A stretch of 54,410 bases of DNA from positions 1 through 54,410 of the IMG/VR virus record IMGVR_UViG_3300044739_000092; one strand, written 5' to 3'. The translations under genes and the position numbers were made by a program. The stretch comes from a virus (taxonomy: Duplodnaviria; Caudoviricetes). Every line of letters begins with the position of its first letter. The first letter of the stretch is position 1. Positions 9,544 to 18,628 of the stretch are shown here, one piece after another. Below the pieces are notes generated by a model. That model did no database searches and had not been told where the DNA came from. It worked only from the letters and a program-made list of their open reading frames with translations.

Positions 9544-9770
9544 CGATCGTCCTGTTGGCCGCGTTCGTGGTCCTCGCCGTCGGGTCGCTCGCCGGGCTCG
9601 GGGCCGCCGCGTGGCAGGGCTGGTGCGACGCATCCGCCCGGGTCACCACATGCCTCAACACCATCGAACCGCCGGACCTGTCCACGGAGTTCGACCAGTA
9701 CGTCGATGACGCGCTGCACCTCGTCGGCAACGACTGGGACACCGCATTCCGGAAGGAGCTGGCCCCGTGA
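9540..9770 (+). CDS. Small membrane protein
   Basis: N-terminal hydrophobic helix; coupled. Confidence 0.55.
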   Translation: MTIVLLAAFVVLAVGSLAGLGAAAWQGWCDASARVTTCLNTIEPPDLSTEFDQYVDDALHLVGNDWDTAFRKELAP

Positions 9771-9988
9771 TCGCCACCGACCAGCGCACCAACGGCCACC
9801 AGTACCAGATCGCCTGGGTGCACGGGCACGCCACCGTCGGGCCCCGCTGCACTGATCCGTGCCCGTGGACCGGCACCCCGTGGCGCCCCGAACAGGGCAG
9901 CCCGGCACGCATCTACGAGGCCGCCCGCGAGTGGCACGAGCACGCCGCCACCGCCGCCCCCATCACCCGAGAGGAGATCGCGTCGTGA
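9767..9988 (+). CDS. Hypothetical protein
   Basis: Coupled; GGAG RBS. Confidence 0.55.
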   Translation: MIATDQRTNGHQYQIAWVHGHATVGPRCTDPCPWTGTPWRPEQGSPARIYEAAREWHEHAATAAPITREEIAS

Positions 9989-10383
9989 CCGGCCGCAGGA
10001 ACCCCACACGCATCGCATCCGGCGTCACCTACCGCGACGCAGAACGCCCCCTCGGCACCTGCGCCACCGGCCAATACGACACCGAAATGTGGACCGTCGA
10101 AAAAACCCGACTCACCGACAACAACCAAGCCGCCATCCACCTCTGCCACACCTGCCCCATCCACGACTGGTGCGCCACCCAACCCACCAACCCCGGCACC
10201 ATCCAAGCCGGCATCCACACCCCACACGGCAACCGCGACGGACGCCGCAAAACCGACAACGTGTGCGGCAGCAGCGCCGGCTACACCCGACACCGCAACC
10301 GCGGCGAAGAAGCCTGCCGCCCCTGCCTCAACGCCGAAGCCGCCGCCACCGCCTCACGCCGCGCCCGAAAGACCGCCGCATGA
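9985..10383 (+). CDS. WhiB-family regulator with C-terminal Zn-like motif
   Basis: C...CHTCPIHDWC...TIQAG (four Cys plus a GxWGG-like turn); CGS.AGY.RH...E.ACRPC tail. Confidence 0.72.
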   Translation: MTGRRNPTRIASGVTYRDAERPLGTCATGQYDTEMWTVEKTRLTDNNQAAIHLCHTCPIHDWCATQPTNPGTIQAGIHTPHGNRDGRRKTDNVCGSSAGYTRHRNRGEEACRPCLNAEAAATASRRARKTAA

Positions 10384-10775
10384 ACGTCGACCGGCGGTTC
10401 GACAACGCCATCCCCGACGCCCTCCGGCTCATCGACATCGTCCACGGCAACGGAAGCGCCAACGACGTTGCTCAGGCACTCCAGACCGCCGACATACCGG
10501 CCGTGCTCGTAGTGCTGGCAGCGCTGGTCCCCGACGACCAGACCGTCACCCAGCTCCTCGCCTGGAACCGGCCCCTCCACTCCACCAGCCGCACCAACAC
10601 AACCTGGTCCATCGCCCGCCGCACCGTCCCCGTCACCCCCGAGATCCGCGCCCTACACGCCGAACACCGGCGCCTCCGCGACTCCGGACGACCCGTCCCC
10701 CAGCACGTCGCCGACGGGGAACGCGCATACCAGCAGGTCAAGAAGCGCGGCCAGAGAGCGAGGACGGCCGCATGA
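10380..10775 (+). CDS. Hypothetical phage protein
   Basis: Coupled ORF. Confidence 0.6.
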   Translation: MNVDRRFDNAIPDALRLIDIVHGNGSANDVAQALQTADIPAVLVVLAALVPDDQTVTQLLAWNRPLHSTSRTNTTWSIARRTVPVTPEIRALHAEHRRLRDSGRPVPQHVADGERAYQQVKKRGQRARTAA

Positions 10776-10945
10776 GGCCCGCCGCCCCCGTCACCTACAC
10801 CGCCGCATGCCCCAACTGCGGCCACGACACCACCTGGACCACCGTCGCCCACGACACCACATCCACACTCATGCCCACCGCCATAAGCGTCACCGACGGC
10901 GGCAACTGCGAATGCACCCCGCCAGCCGGAGACGTGGCCGCATGA
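10772..10945 (+). CDS. 57-aa Cys-rich protein (not in the ORF track)
   Basis: MRPAAPVTYTAACPNCG...NCEC; ATGA overlaps at both ends. Confidence 0.5.
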   Translation: MRPAAPVTYTAACPNCGHDTTWTTVAHDTTSTLMPTAISVTDGGNCECTPPAGDVAA

Positions 10946-11619
10946 GACCACTCCGAGTCCTCGACGCCTGCTGTGGCGCAGGTGGCGCCACCCGCGGCTA
11001 CCAGCAAGCCGGGTTCCATGTCACCGGGATCGACATCGAGCCCCAGCCCAACTACTGCGGCGACGAATTCATCCAAGGCGACGCCCTCGAGTACATCCGG
11101 CAGCACGGCCACGAGTACGACTTCATCCACGCCTCCTGGCCCTGCCAGGCCGGCTGCACCCTCACCGCCGGCACCAACCAGGGCCGCGAATATCCGCAGC
11201 TCATCCCCGACGGGCGCGCCGCCATGCAGACCACCGGACGTCCGTGGGTCATCGAGAACCCGCCCGGCCGGGCGCCGATGCGGCGCGACCTGATGCTGTG
11301 TGGCGACATGTTCGGCGGGCTCGCCGTCATCCGGCACCGCATCTTCGAACTCGACGGCATCACTGTCCCGCAGCCCGCCCACCCGAAGCACCGCGGCCGA
11401 GTCGCCGGCATGCGCCACGGCCAGTGGTTCGAGGGCCCGTACTTCGCCGTGTACGGCGACGGGGGCGGCAAGGGCACAGTCGCGCAGTGGCAGGCCGCTA
11501 TGGGCATTGACTGGACCGGCGTCCGCAAGGAGATCGCCGAAGCCATCCCGCCGGCGTACGCCCTCTACATCGGACTCCACGTCCGCGCGCAGCTCCTCAC
11601 CGCGGAGGTGGCCGCGTGA
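10942..11619 (+). CDS. DNA cytosine-C5 methyltransferase (short phage type)
   Basis: VLDACCGAGG (motif I), HASWPCQ (IV), VIENP (VI), AEAIPP (X). Confidence 0.85.
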   Translation: MRPLRVLDACCGAGGATRGYQQAGFHVTGIDIEPQPNYCGDEFIQGDALEYIRQHGHEYDFIHASWPCQAGCTLTAGTNQGREYPQLIPDGRAAMQTTGRPWVIENPPGRAPMRRDLMLCGDMFGGLAVIRHRIFELDGITVPQPAHPKHRGRVAGMRHGQWFEGPYFAVYGDGGGKGTVAQWQAAMGIDWTGVRKEIAEAIPPAYALYIGLHVRAQLLTAEVAA

Positions 11620-11800
11620 GCCGCGCCCGCCTCACGGTGCCGCCGCACGGCCACCAGCCCACCGGCTACGGCGCCATGCCCCACCTCGACCCCTGCGGAC
11701 GCGACGGCTGCGGCATGCCACCCGCACACCACATCCACCACACCGGCGACCAGCCCGTACGAGACCTCACCGAACCGACCCACCCACGCGAGGAGGAGAC

Positions 11801-12001
11801 GTGACCCCCTGCCCGCGGCCGGACAAGCTCCGGCACACCACCCCAGCCGCCGCATGGGCACACGCCCGAGCCCTCCGCCGCAACGGCGGCAGCCCCGACA
11901 TCAAGCCCTACTACTGCCGCGACCACCAAGCGTGGCACGTCGGACACGACCCCAGGTCGCTGCGCCGACGCATCCACCACGCACTCAGGAAGGCCGCCTG
12001 A
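11801..12001 (+). CDS. Small basic Zn-finger-like protein
   Basis: CPRPDK...PYYCRDHQAWHVGH; GGAGG RBS. Confidence 0.5.
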   Translation: MTPCPRPDKLRHTTPAAAWAHARALRRNGGSPDIKPYYCRDHQAWHVGHDPRSLRRRIHHALRKAA

Positions 12002-12585
12002 TGGCCGTCAGCAGACGACTCCGCTACGAGATCCTGCGACGCGACAACCACGTCTGTCGCTACTGCGGTGTCGCGGCGCCCGACGTCCCGCTCACCGTGG
12101 ATCACGTCGTACCCGTCGCGCTCGGCGGCACCGACGACCCCACGAACCTGGTCGCCGCCTGCCAGCCCTGTAACGCCGGCAAGAGCTCGAGCTCACCTGA
12201 TGCCCCGCTCGTCGCCGACGTGGCTGCGGATGCCCTGCGGTGGTCCCAAGCCATGTATTGGGTCGCGTTCCACTTCGAGACTGAGCTGCTGTCTCGGCAG
12301 GGGTACCGGATGCACGTCGATCACGTCTGGTCTGAGTGGACCTACGGGCCGCAGAAGCTGCCAGTCCCCAGGCCGATCGACTGGCAGGACTCAGTGGACA
12401 GGTTCGTCATCGCCGGCATGACTGAGCAGCTTCTCACCGAAGCGATCCGCAAGGCCATGGCGGCCACCAATGTCAGCCCCGACAGCACCTGGCGGTACTT
12501 CTGTGGCATCGCCTGGCGGCAGATCAAGGAGATGCAGGAAGTCGCCCGCGAGGTCGTCACCATCGAAGACGGGGCGGTGGACTGA
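12001..12585 (+). CDS. HNH endonuclease domain protein
   Basis: ILRRDNHVCRYCG, VDHVVPVALGG.DD..NLVAACQPCNAGK. Confidence 0.9.
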   Translation: MAVSRRLRYEILRRDNHVCRYCGVAAPDVPLTVDHVVPVALGGTDDPTNLVAACQPCNAGKSSSSPDAPLVADVAADALRWSQAMYWVAFHFETELLSRQGYRMHVDHVWSEWTYGPQKLPVPRPIDWQDSVDRFVIAGMTEQLLTEAIRKAMAATNVSPDSTWRYFCGIAWRQIKEMQEVAREVVTIEDGAVD

Positions 12586-13634
12586 TGGCCCGCCACTTCG
12601 CCCAGCTCGAGGTCGCCATCTGGCGCGACCCCGACTTCAAGGCACGCAGTTCGGCGGCGCAGCGCATGTTCATGGTGCTGTTCTCCCAAGCTCCCCTCAG
12701 CCCGGCCGGCGTCCTGACCCTCGCCATCAAGAAGTGGTCCGGATTCGCGCCCGACACCACCCAGGACGACATCCGTGTCGCGCTGGCCGAGCTCGAGCAG
12801 CACCGGTTCGTGGTGGTCGATGAGGACACCGAGGAGCTGTTGGTGCGGTCGTTCATCCGCCGGGATGGGGGGTGGAAGAACCACCTGAAGATGTGGCCCG
12901 GGATCCGGGCTGCGGCGCTCCAGGTCGAGTCGCCGGTGCTTCGTCGGTCGATCGCTCGAGAGCTTCAGCGGCTACCTGCCGATCGCCGTCCGGGTGACGT
13001 GCCATCGGTGATCCGCGAGCTGTGCGTGAGTGATGGCATCGGTGATGGCATCGGTGATGCGATAGGCGACCGGCCCACAGATCCGGCTGTTTCTGTGGAT
13101 AACCCGGATAGCCGCAGGTCAATCGGTGATGACATCGGTGACCAGGTCAGTGATGCGGACGGTGATGGCATCGCCTCTGGTGTAGGTGAGTACTTACGTA
13201 GGAAGGAGACACCTGCACCTACACCAGGAACTACACCTCCACCGTCGCGTCCCGAACCGCAGGCACTTCCGGCCGATCTCGGCGAACAAGCGGGGGCGGA
13301 GGGGCAGCCTCGAGACCTCATGGGGAGCCTCATCGCTCAGGTGCAGGACGTCCGCCCTGAGTGGGGATCGACCGCGATCCGAACCACCCTCGAGCGGGCC
13401 CGTGCCGACGGCCGGCCGTGGCACCTGACCCGTGACGCCATGATCCGGGTCGCCAACGCCCCGGACTCCCGTGCGCCGGCACGGCTGCTCGAGCAGGGCC
13501 CGTGGTGGAACGAGGCCGCCAACGGCTCCGGGGTGAAGCCTCCGCGGCCGGCGGACCTGAAGAAGTGCCCGACCCATCCGGGTGAGCTGGCGTCGAACTG
13601 CCGTTGCTGTGCTGCGGATCGGAAGGCGTCGTGA
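12585..13634 (+). CDS. Phage replication initiator-like protein
   Basis: N-terminal IWRDPDF/wHTH-like region, ELLVRSFIRRD, low-complexity linker containing DNA iterons, C-terminal CxxH..CxxC. Confidence 0.65.
   Translation: MARHFAQLEVAIWRDPDFKARSSAAQRMFMVLFSQAPLSPAGVLTLAIKKWSGFAPDTTQDDIRVALAELEQHRFVVVDEDTEELLVRSFIRRDGGWKNHLKMWPGIRAAALQVESPVLRRSIARELQRLPADRRPGDVPSVIRELCVSDGIGDGIGDAIGDRPTDPAVSVDNPDSRRSIGDDIGDQVSDADGDGIASGVGEYLRRKETPAPTPGTTPPPSRPEPQALPADLGEQAGAEGQPRDLMGSLIAQVQDVRPEWGSTAIRTTLERARADGRPWHLTRDAMIRVANAPDSRAPARLLEQGPWWNEAANGSGVKPPRPADLKKCPTHPGELASNCRCCAADRKAS
13030..13200. repeat. Iteron-like repeats, putative replication origin
   Basis: About 7 imperfect copies of (C)GGTGATG(G/A)CAT in two clusters, followed by an AT-richer stretch GAGTACTTACGTA. 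Confidence 0.6.
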
Positions 13635-13853
13635 AGGACCGGCACGAGCTCACCGAGGGTGGTGCGGCGTGATCCGTATCCAGCAGCGGTGTCTGCATTG
13701 CAGGCATCTGGTTTTGGTGACTGCCGCTGCTGTGGGGTTGGTGTGGACGTGTGATGCGTGTCCGGATTTGCGTGGTTGTAATGCGCGGCCGGGTCGTTGT
13801 GTGACCGGCCGTTCCCTGACCCAGCGAGTTCCAACCGAAGGAGACACCGAGTC

Positions 13854-14144
13854 ATGACCGTGTACGTGGACGACATGCGCCGCCCGCAGACCGTGGGACG
13901 AGTGCGCGGCAGCTGGTCGCACCTGTTCGCCGACACCCGCGAGGAACTGCATGCGTTCGCCGCCCAGCTCGGGCAGAAGCGGTCGTGGTTCCAGGATCAC
14001 CCGACGCGCTGGCACTACGACGTGACCGACTCCGTCCGAGCCCGGGCGTTGGCGCTCGGGGCACAGCCGATGGCTTACCCCCGCGAGGTCGGCGCGTTCT
14101 TCGCCGCGCGTTCCCGCGCTGCTCGCGCCGAGAACCCGTCGTGA
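13854..14144 (+). CDS. DUF4031 family protein
   Basis: MTVYVDD...WSHLFADT.EELHAFA..LG.KR.WFQ...HYDVT. Confidence 0.85.
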   Translation: MTVYVDDMRRPQTVGRVRGSWSHLFADTREELHAFAAQLGQKRSWFQDHPTRWHYDVTDSVRARALALGAQPMAYPREVGAFFAARSRAARAENPS

Positions 14145-14313
14145 CTGGCGTCGAGTTGGCGGCCAGCTACGACCCGCCCGTGATGTCCGACACGGTTCCC
14201 CGCCGGCGTGTGTGCCGTCTCCACCACGTCGGCTGGCCGTGCGGTGTTCCGGCCCGGCTGGACTTCGAGGTCCGCGCCTTCCACACCCTCACCGACCCCA
14301 CCGAGGAGACACC

Positions 14314-14553
14314 GTGATGATCCCCGTCCGAGTTCAGCGTGATCAAGCTCCGGTCCTCGCGAGCGGCGGGCGCGTGTTCCCGATGAAGCCCGGTCATCCG
14401 CTGCACGGCACGGAGTGCCCTGCGTGTGGCGAGGCCCTCGCCGGTGACGTGGTGCTTGTCTACGTCGGCCGGGAGCCGGACGGTCTCCGTGACGGGTGGA
14501 CGACTGGCGGGTCGGTGGCCGTCCACAAGCCGTGCGCCGAGGTGACCCCGTGA
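14314..14553 (+). CDS. Small Zn-binding hypothetical protein
   Basis: CPAC...HKPC; GAGGAG RBS. Confidence 0.55.
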   Translation: MMIPVRVQRDQAPVLASGGRVFPMKPGHPLHGTECPACGEALAGDVVLVYVGREPDGLRDGWTTGGSVAVHKPCAEVTP

Positions 14554-14927
14554 CCGAGCCGACGCCGGACCCGCAGTGGCCGCGTCGGGTGGGTGAGCGG
14601 CACGCCGAGCTTCTTCGGCAGGTCGCTGACCTCACCGCCGAGCGGGACGCGCTCCGGCGGCAGGTCGACGCCGCGAAGCCCACGCCGACCCCGGACGACG
14701 ACCGGTACGTGATCGTGCCGATCCAGACACCCGACGGCGTGGTCCGCTGGCGCATCCCCCGGGCGCCGTTGACCATCCCGGCCCCGGAACAGGCCACCGC
14801 CGATCCACAGCGGACCGGCAAGCCTCCTCAGCCTGCCCAGGAGCCACGAACACCCGCCCCCGGGTCACCCAGTACCCCCGAAACGCTTAGCGAGCGGCTC
14901 AGCGCCCCAGACAGGGGCACGGCATGA
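14550..14927 (+). CDS. Hypothetical protein
   Basis: Coupled; coiled coil plus Pro-rich tail. Confidence 0.5.
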   Translation: MTEPTPDPQWPRRVGERHAELLRQVADLTAERDALRRQVDAAKPTPTPDDDRYVIVPIQTPDGVVRWRIPRAPLTIPAPEQATADPQRTGKPPQPAQEPRTPAPGSPSTPETLSERLSAPDRGTA

Positions 14928-15232
14928 CCCTCCACGGACAGGTCACCGCGCGCATCGACAGCATGGAACGGCAAGCCCGACGCGCCCTCGGCTGGACCGG
15001 GCGCGTCCACGGCTGGCGCGGCCGGAACGTGGAGATCGACGCCCAGTGGACGGTCGACGTGTGGGTGCCATCGCTGCGCCGCCGCGCCGAACGACACGAG
15101 CCGGTGGACCTGGGTCGTGTGGAGCACTGCTGCCAGTGGTGCTGCCATCCCGAGGACTGCGAGGACTGGCCATGCCCGGACTACCGGGATCTCTGCGCAG
15201 AGCTCGGCATCAACCCCGAGGAGACGACGTGA
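14924..15232 (+). CDS. Hypothetical phage protein
   Basis: CxxC...WPCP motif; coupled. Confidence 0.6.
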   Translation: MTLHGQVTARIDSMERQARRALGWTGRVHGWRGRNVEIDAQWTVDVWVPSLRRRAERHEPVDLGRVEHCCQWCCHPEDCEDWPCPDYRDLCAELGINPEETT

Positions 15233-15411
15233 AGAAGCCGCTGCTGTGCCGCCTCGGCTGGCACAGCACCTACGTGTGGGATCCGTACGGCGTCGAGTGC
15301 TGCAACTGGTGCGACTGGCGGAGCCGCGAGATCACCCCATCCGAGATCACCTTCTGGAACTCCGACGGCGTCATCGAAGCCATGCGACAGCGCTACAGCC
15401 CAGACGCGTAG
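15229..15411 (+). CDS. Small Cys/His protein
   Basis: LLCRLGWH...CNWC; GAGGAG RBS. Confidence 0.5.
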   Translation: MKKPLLCRLGWHSTYVWDPYGVECCNWCDWRSREITPSEITFWNSDGVIEAMRQRYSPDA

Positions 15412-15447
15412 CCGCACCATCCGCACCGCCCGAGGGGGGCCCGCACC

Positions 15448-16173
15448 ATGCTCGAACCGACCGAACCCAACCGATGCGCACGCGGACACCGCTGCGCCAA
15501 CCGCCAAACCAACAACGGACCCCAAGGCCAAGAACACGTCGGCGCCACCTGCGACCGGCCACTCTGCGACCCATGCCTCGACCACCTCTCCCGCATCCTC
15601 CGCGACCTCCCCAACCTCTACGCCCAACTCCACGCCCACCTCGGCACCCAACAACCAGGCGACGGACGCGGCGGCACCACCGGCCTCAAAGTCCCCATCA
15701 ACCTCGGCGTCGAAGCCCTCATGGCACGCATGATCATGATCGTCACCTCCTGGGAAGAAGTCGTCCGCGACCGCGCCGGCCACCTCCCCGCCTACGCCGA
15801 CCGAGTCCGATCCGGCACCCAACTCCTCACCGCCTGCGGCTACCTCGCCCAACGCACCACCGCCCTCGTGGCCCTCGACTGGTGCCTCGTCACCCGCATG
15901 ACTGGCATCGAATGGGAGTGGGTCGAGATGAACGGGCCTGGCGCCGCCCTGGAACTGTTCGCGTTGGAGTACTCGGTGCGGCGCGCGATCGGCACCGCCA
16001 AAGAGACCGAGCTCCTCGCCGAGCCGTGCTGGACATGCGGTGTCCGGGCCCTCGTGAGGGACACCGGCAGCAACACCATCCAGTGCGCCGGATGCGGTGT
16101 CACAATCAGCCTGGACGAACACGAGGCGTTCAAGTACCGGCAGGCACACATGACCGGGAGGCTCACGTCGTGA
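15448..16173 (+). CDS. Zn-finger phage protein, possible late-gene regulator
   Basis: LCDPC...CWTCG...CAGCG; at the end of the early region. Confidence 0.65.
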   Translation: MLEPTEPNRCARGHRCANRQTNNGPQGQEHVGATCDRPLCDPCLDHLSRILRDLPNLYAQLHAHLGTQQPGDGRGGTTGLKVPINLGVEALMARMIMIVTSWEEVVRDRAGHLPAYADRVRSGTQLLTACGYLAQRTTALVALDWCLVTRMTGIEWEWVEMNGPGAALELFALEYSVRRAIGTAKETELLAEPCWTCGVRALVRDTGSNTIQCAGCGVTISLDEHEAFKYRQAHMTGRLTS

Positions 16174-16454
16174 TCCTGGAACACAACGACCAGGTGTTCC
16201 TGCTGGAACGCCAGATCATGCGCATCTCCCGAGCAGCAGAAGCCGCCCACGTGACCCCCCAGACCATCCACGGATGGATCACCCGCGGCTACCTCAACGC
16301 CAGCGGCGAACGGGCCTTCGTCACAGCGCACATCGAGGACGGCCGGCGGTACGTGATCCTCGCCGACGTGCTCCGCGCCGAAGCTGTCACGTCAACCCGT
16401 GGCCGCGGTAGAACCCGGGCCCGGCCGGAGCTTCCACCGCGTGTCGCTGCTTGA
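16170..16454 (+). CDS. HTH DNA-binding protein (MerR/excisionase-like)
   Basis: ISRAAEAAHVTPQTIHGWITRGYL. Confidence 0.7.
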   Translation: MILEHNDQVFLLERQIMRISRAAEAAHVTPQTIHGWITRGYLNASGERAFVTAHIEDGRRYVILADVLRAEAVTSTRGRGRTRARPELPPRVAA

Positions 16455-16542
16455 CCGTTCAAAGTCATTGTGAGAGCCTCCCCGTGGGAGAAGTCTGCCC
16501 ATAGGCGCTGAACCGAGGCCACTGCCCGGTGTAGATGCCACC

Positions 16543-16576
16543 AAAGCCCCCGCCTCCCCCCGGCGGGGGCTTTCTC
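16543..16576 (+). terminator. Intrinsic terminator (possibly bidirectional)
   Basis: AAAGCCCCCGCC-loop-GGCGGGGGCTTT 12-bp stem. Confidence 0.75.
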
Positions 16577-16593
16577 ATGCCCAACCCCCGGAG

Positions 16594-17244
16594 GTGCGCT
16601 GTGGCTGCCTCCTGCGCCGAAACTTGCGCCTCCCCGGGCTGATGCGAACTACCAACCCGGACCCGCACCGCACCATCCGAGCGGCCCGCACGCTGGTCTC
16701 CGACTTCCTCCGAGCCACGCCGCTACTCGAGCACCACCGCGACGAGATGCTGTCCGACGCTCTCCACGCCGCCGTCGTGTACCTGCCCAGATGGCAGTCG
16801 GACCGCGGATGCACGGTGCACACGTTCCTGAGGATGAAGATGCGGTACGCCGTCATCGACGGCATCCGCGACCGGGCGCCGATCGGGCGCGGCCGGTACC
16901 AGCGCGGTGTCCGCCTCGAACACCTACCGGACTGGCAGCTGGACTCCCTGTCGCTGGAATACGTCCTCGACTGCGCGGCGTCACACGGGAAGTCCGGTGA
17001 CCGGCCGGAGGGCATGTTCCCCGACCCGCAGGCTGAGCGTGCCTACGCCGAAGTGGACGCGCGTCTGGCCGTGCGGCAGCTGCTGGCGATGCTGTCGGAC
17101 AGGCAACGTGAAGTCATCATCCGCATCGACCTCGGCGGTGAGACGGGCCGCGACGTGGCAGCCGACTGGGGTGTCTCCGAGTCGGCAGTCAGCCAAGTCC
17201 ACACGCAGGCCATGAGGCGCATGCGGAAGGAGCTGGAACGGTGA
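16594..17244 (+). CDS. Sigma-70 family sigma factor, FliA/WhiG-like (start may be 16642)
   Basis: Region 2 MRYAVIDGIRD; region 4 LSDRQREVI...VAADWGVSESAVSQVHTQAMRRMR. Confidence 0.85.
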   Translation: MRCGCLLRRNLRLPGLMRTTNPDPHRTIRAARTLVSDFLRATPLLEHHRDEMLSDALHAAVVYLPRWQSDRGCTVHTFLRMKMRYAVIDGIRDRAPIGRGRYQRGVRLEHLPDWQLDSLSLEYVLDCAASHGKSGDRPEGMFPDPQAERAYAEVDARLAVRQLLAMLSDRQREVIIRIDLGGETGRDVAADWGVSESAVSQVHTQAMRRMRKELER

Positions 17245-17834
17245 TCCCCCAAGCGGGCGACATCGGGCTCACCGTCATCACCGGGCCCCTGGGTTGGCTG
17301 ATCCGTGTCGGACAGTGGGCCAGCCTCGACGGCGCCCCGTACCAGCACGCGTTCCTCGTCACCGACGACGACGGCGGCACGATCGAAGCGATGCCCGGCC
17401 GGCGCGGTGTTCGCCCCAACCACGCCGACAACTACGACCCGGCGCGCACCGTCTACCTCCGCGTCGAGCAGAGCGACGACGACCGGCGGGAAGTCGCCCG
17501 GCAAGGCTCCGCGCTCCTCGGCCGCCGCTACTCCTACGCCCAGTACCCGGCACTCGGGCTCCTCGCCGCATCCGAATGGGCGGCGAAGCTCACCGGCCAG
17601 CCGAAGCAGGAACTGCGCCCCGGGTGGCTGCTGCGGTACATCGCCGACAGCCGCCGGGTCATCTGCTCACAGACAGTCGACGAGGCGTTCGTGCAGGCCC
17701 GGAAGGTGCGGGCCACCGTCGCCGAGCTGTTCGACGACCAGCGCGCTCCGGGTGATGTCAGCCCGGGTGACCTGTGGCTGGACGTGACCGCCCCGCACAT
17801 CCGGTTCAACCCGTACGCCGCGGAGGCGTCGTGA
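17241..17834 (+). CDS. Permuted papain-like (NlpC/P60, YiiX-like) enzyme
   Basis: GDI...HAFLV...IEA...Y...ICSQ.V...SPGDL, with His preceding Cys. Confidence 0.75.
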   Translation: MIPQAGDIGLTVITGPLGWLIRVGQWASLDGAPYQHAFLVTDDDGGTIEAMPGRRGVRPNHADNYDPARTVYLRVEQSDDDRREVARQGSALLGRRYSYAQYPALGLLAASEWAAKLTGQPKQELRPGWLLRYIADSRRVICSQTVDEAFVQARKVRATVAELFDDQRAPGDVSPGDLWLDVTAPHIRFNPYAAEAS

Positions 17835-18028
17835 TCCTGATCCACGAACTCGACCTGACCGCGCACGAGACACGCCGGCGGGCCGAGGTACTCAACGCCG
17901 TCCCCGACTGGGACCCTGCTGCTGTCCTCGACGGTGAGGCCGAGGCGTACGCCCTGCTGTACTCGGGCCTGGACCCGGCGCAGACCGCCATCTACGACGA
18001 GCTCCGTTCGGCTGGGGTGTTTCCCTGA
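17831..18028 (+). CDS. Small actinobacterial protein (DUF6400-like)
   Basis: DLTAHETRRRAEVL...DWDP...ALLYSGLD..Q..IYDEL..AGV. Confidence 0.6.
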   Translation: MILIHELDLTAHETRRRAEVLNAVPDWDPAAVLDGEAEAYALLYSGLDPAQTAIYDELRSAGVFP

Positions 18029-18240
18029 TGCCGCTCGACCCCACCGCTGACCGTGCGCGCCGCGCCTGGCTCCCCTGCCCCGCCTGCAACCACGGCGGGA
18101 ACTGCGACACCTGCGAAGCCGGCCGCACCTGCTCCAGCCACTGGCAGTTCCTCCTCGCGAACACCGGCCACGTGCTGCACCTGCAATGCCCCGCCTGCGC
18201 GCACCTCTGGGACCACGACACGCCCCGAACGGCAGCGTGA
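18028..18240 (+). CDS. Cys-rich Zn-ribbon protein
   Basis: CPAC..CDTC..C..H..CPAC. Confidence 0.65.
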   Translation: MPLDPTADRARRAWLPCPACNHGGNCDTCEAGRTCSSHWQFLLANTGHVLHLQCPACAHLWDHDTPRTAA

Positions 18241-18458
18241 TGGCCTACCCGAACGGGCCACTCAACCGGCTCCCCCGCAACATCCGCGCCGAGATGTGGC
18301 TCATCGACCACCTCATCGCCCGCACACCCCTCGAAGAACGCGCCACCGCCTGGATGGAGACGAACATGCGGCACCTACTCCGTACCGCCGCCGTCCTCGC
18401 CCTCCTCGGCGTCGTCTGGCTCACCGCCCCACAGCTCACCGCCCTGGCCGTGGCCTGA
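18240..18458 (+). CDS. Small membrane protein
   Basis: TGATG coupling; C-terminal TM segment. Confidence 0.5.
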   Translation: MAYPNGPLNRLPRNIRAEMWLIDHLIARTPLEERATAWMETNMRHLLRTAAVLALLGVVWLTAPQLTALAVA

Positions 18459-18628
18459 TGACCACCGTCCACACGTACCCCGTGAACGACCTCATCGAGC
18501 ACGACACCGACGGTGGCGACTGTCCATGCGGACCCGCCACCGAACCCGTGCCGCGCGACGACGGCACCATCGGCTGGCAGGTCATCCACCACAGCCTCGA
18601 CGGACGCGAACAGACCGAGGCCCAGTGA
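18458..18628 (+). CDS. Small phage protein
   Basis: HTYPVNDLIEHD...CPCGP...HHSLDGRE pattern seen in actinophages. Confidence 0.6.
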   Translation: MTTVHTYPVNDLIEHDTDGGDCPCGPATEPVPRDDGTIGWQVIHHSLDGREQTEAQ

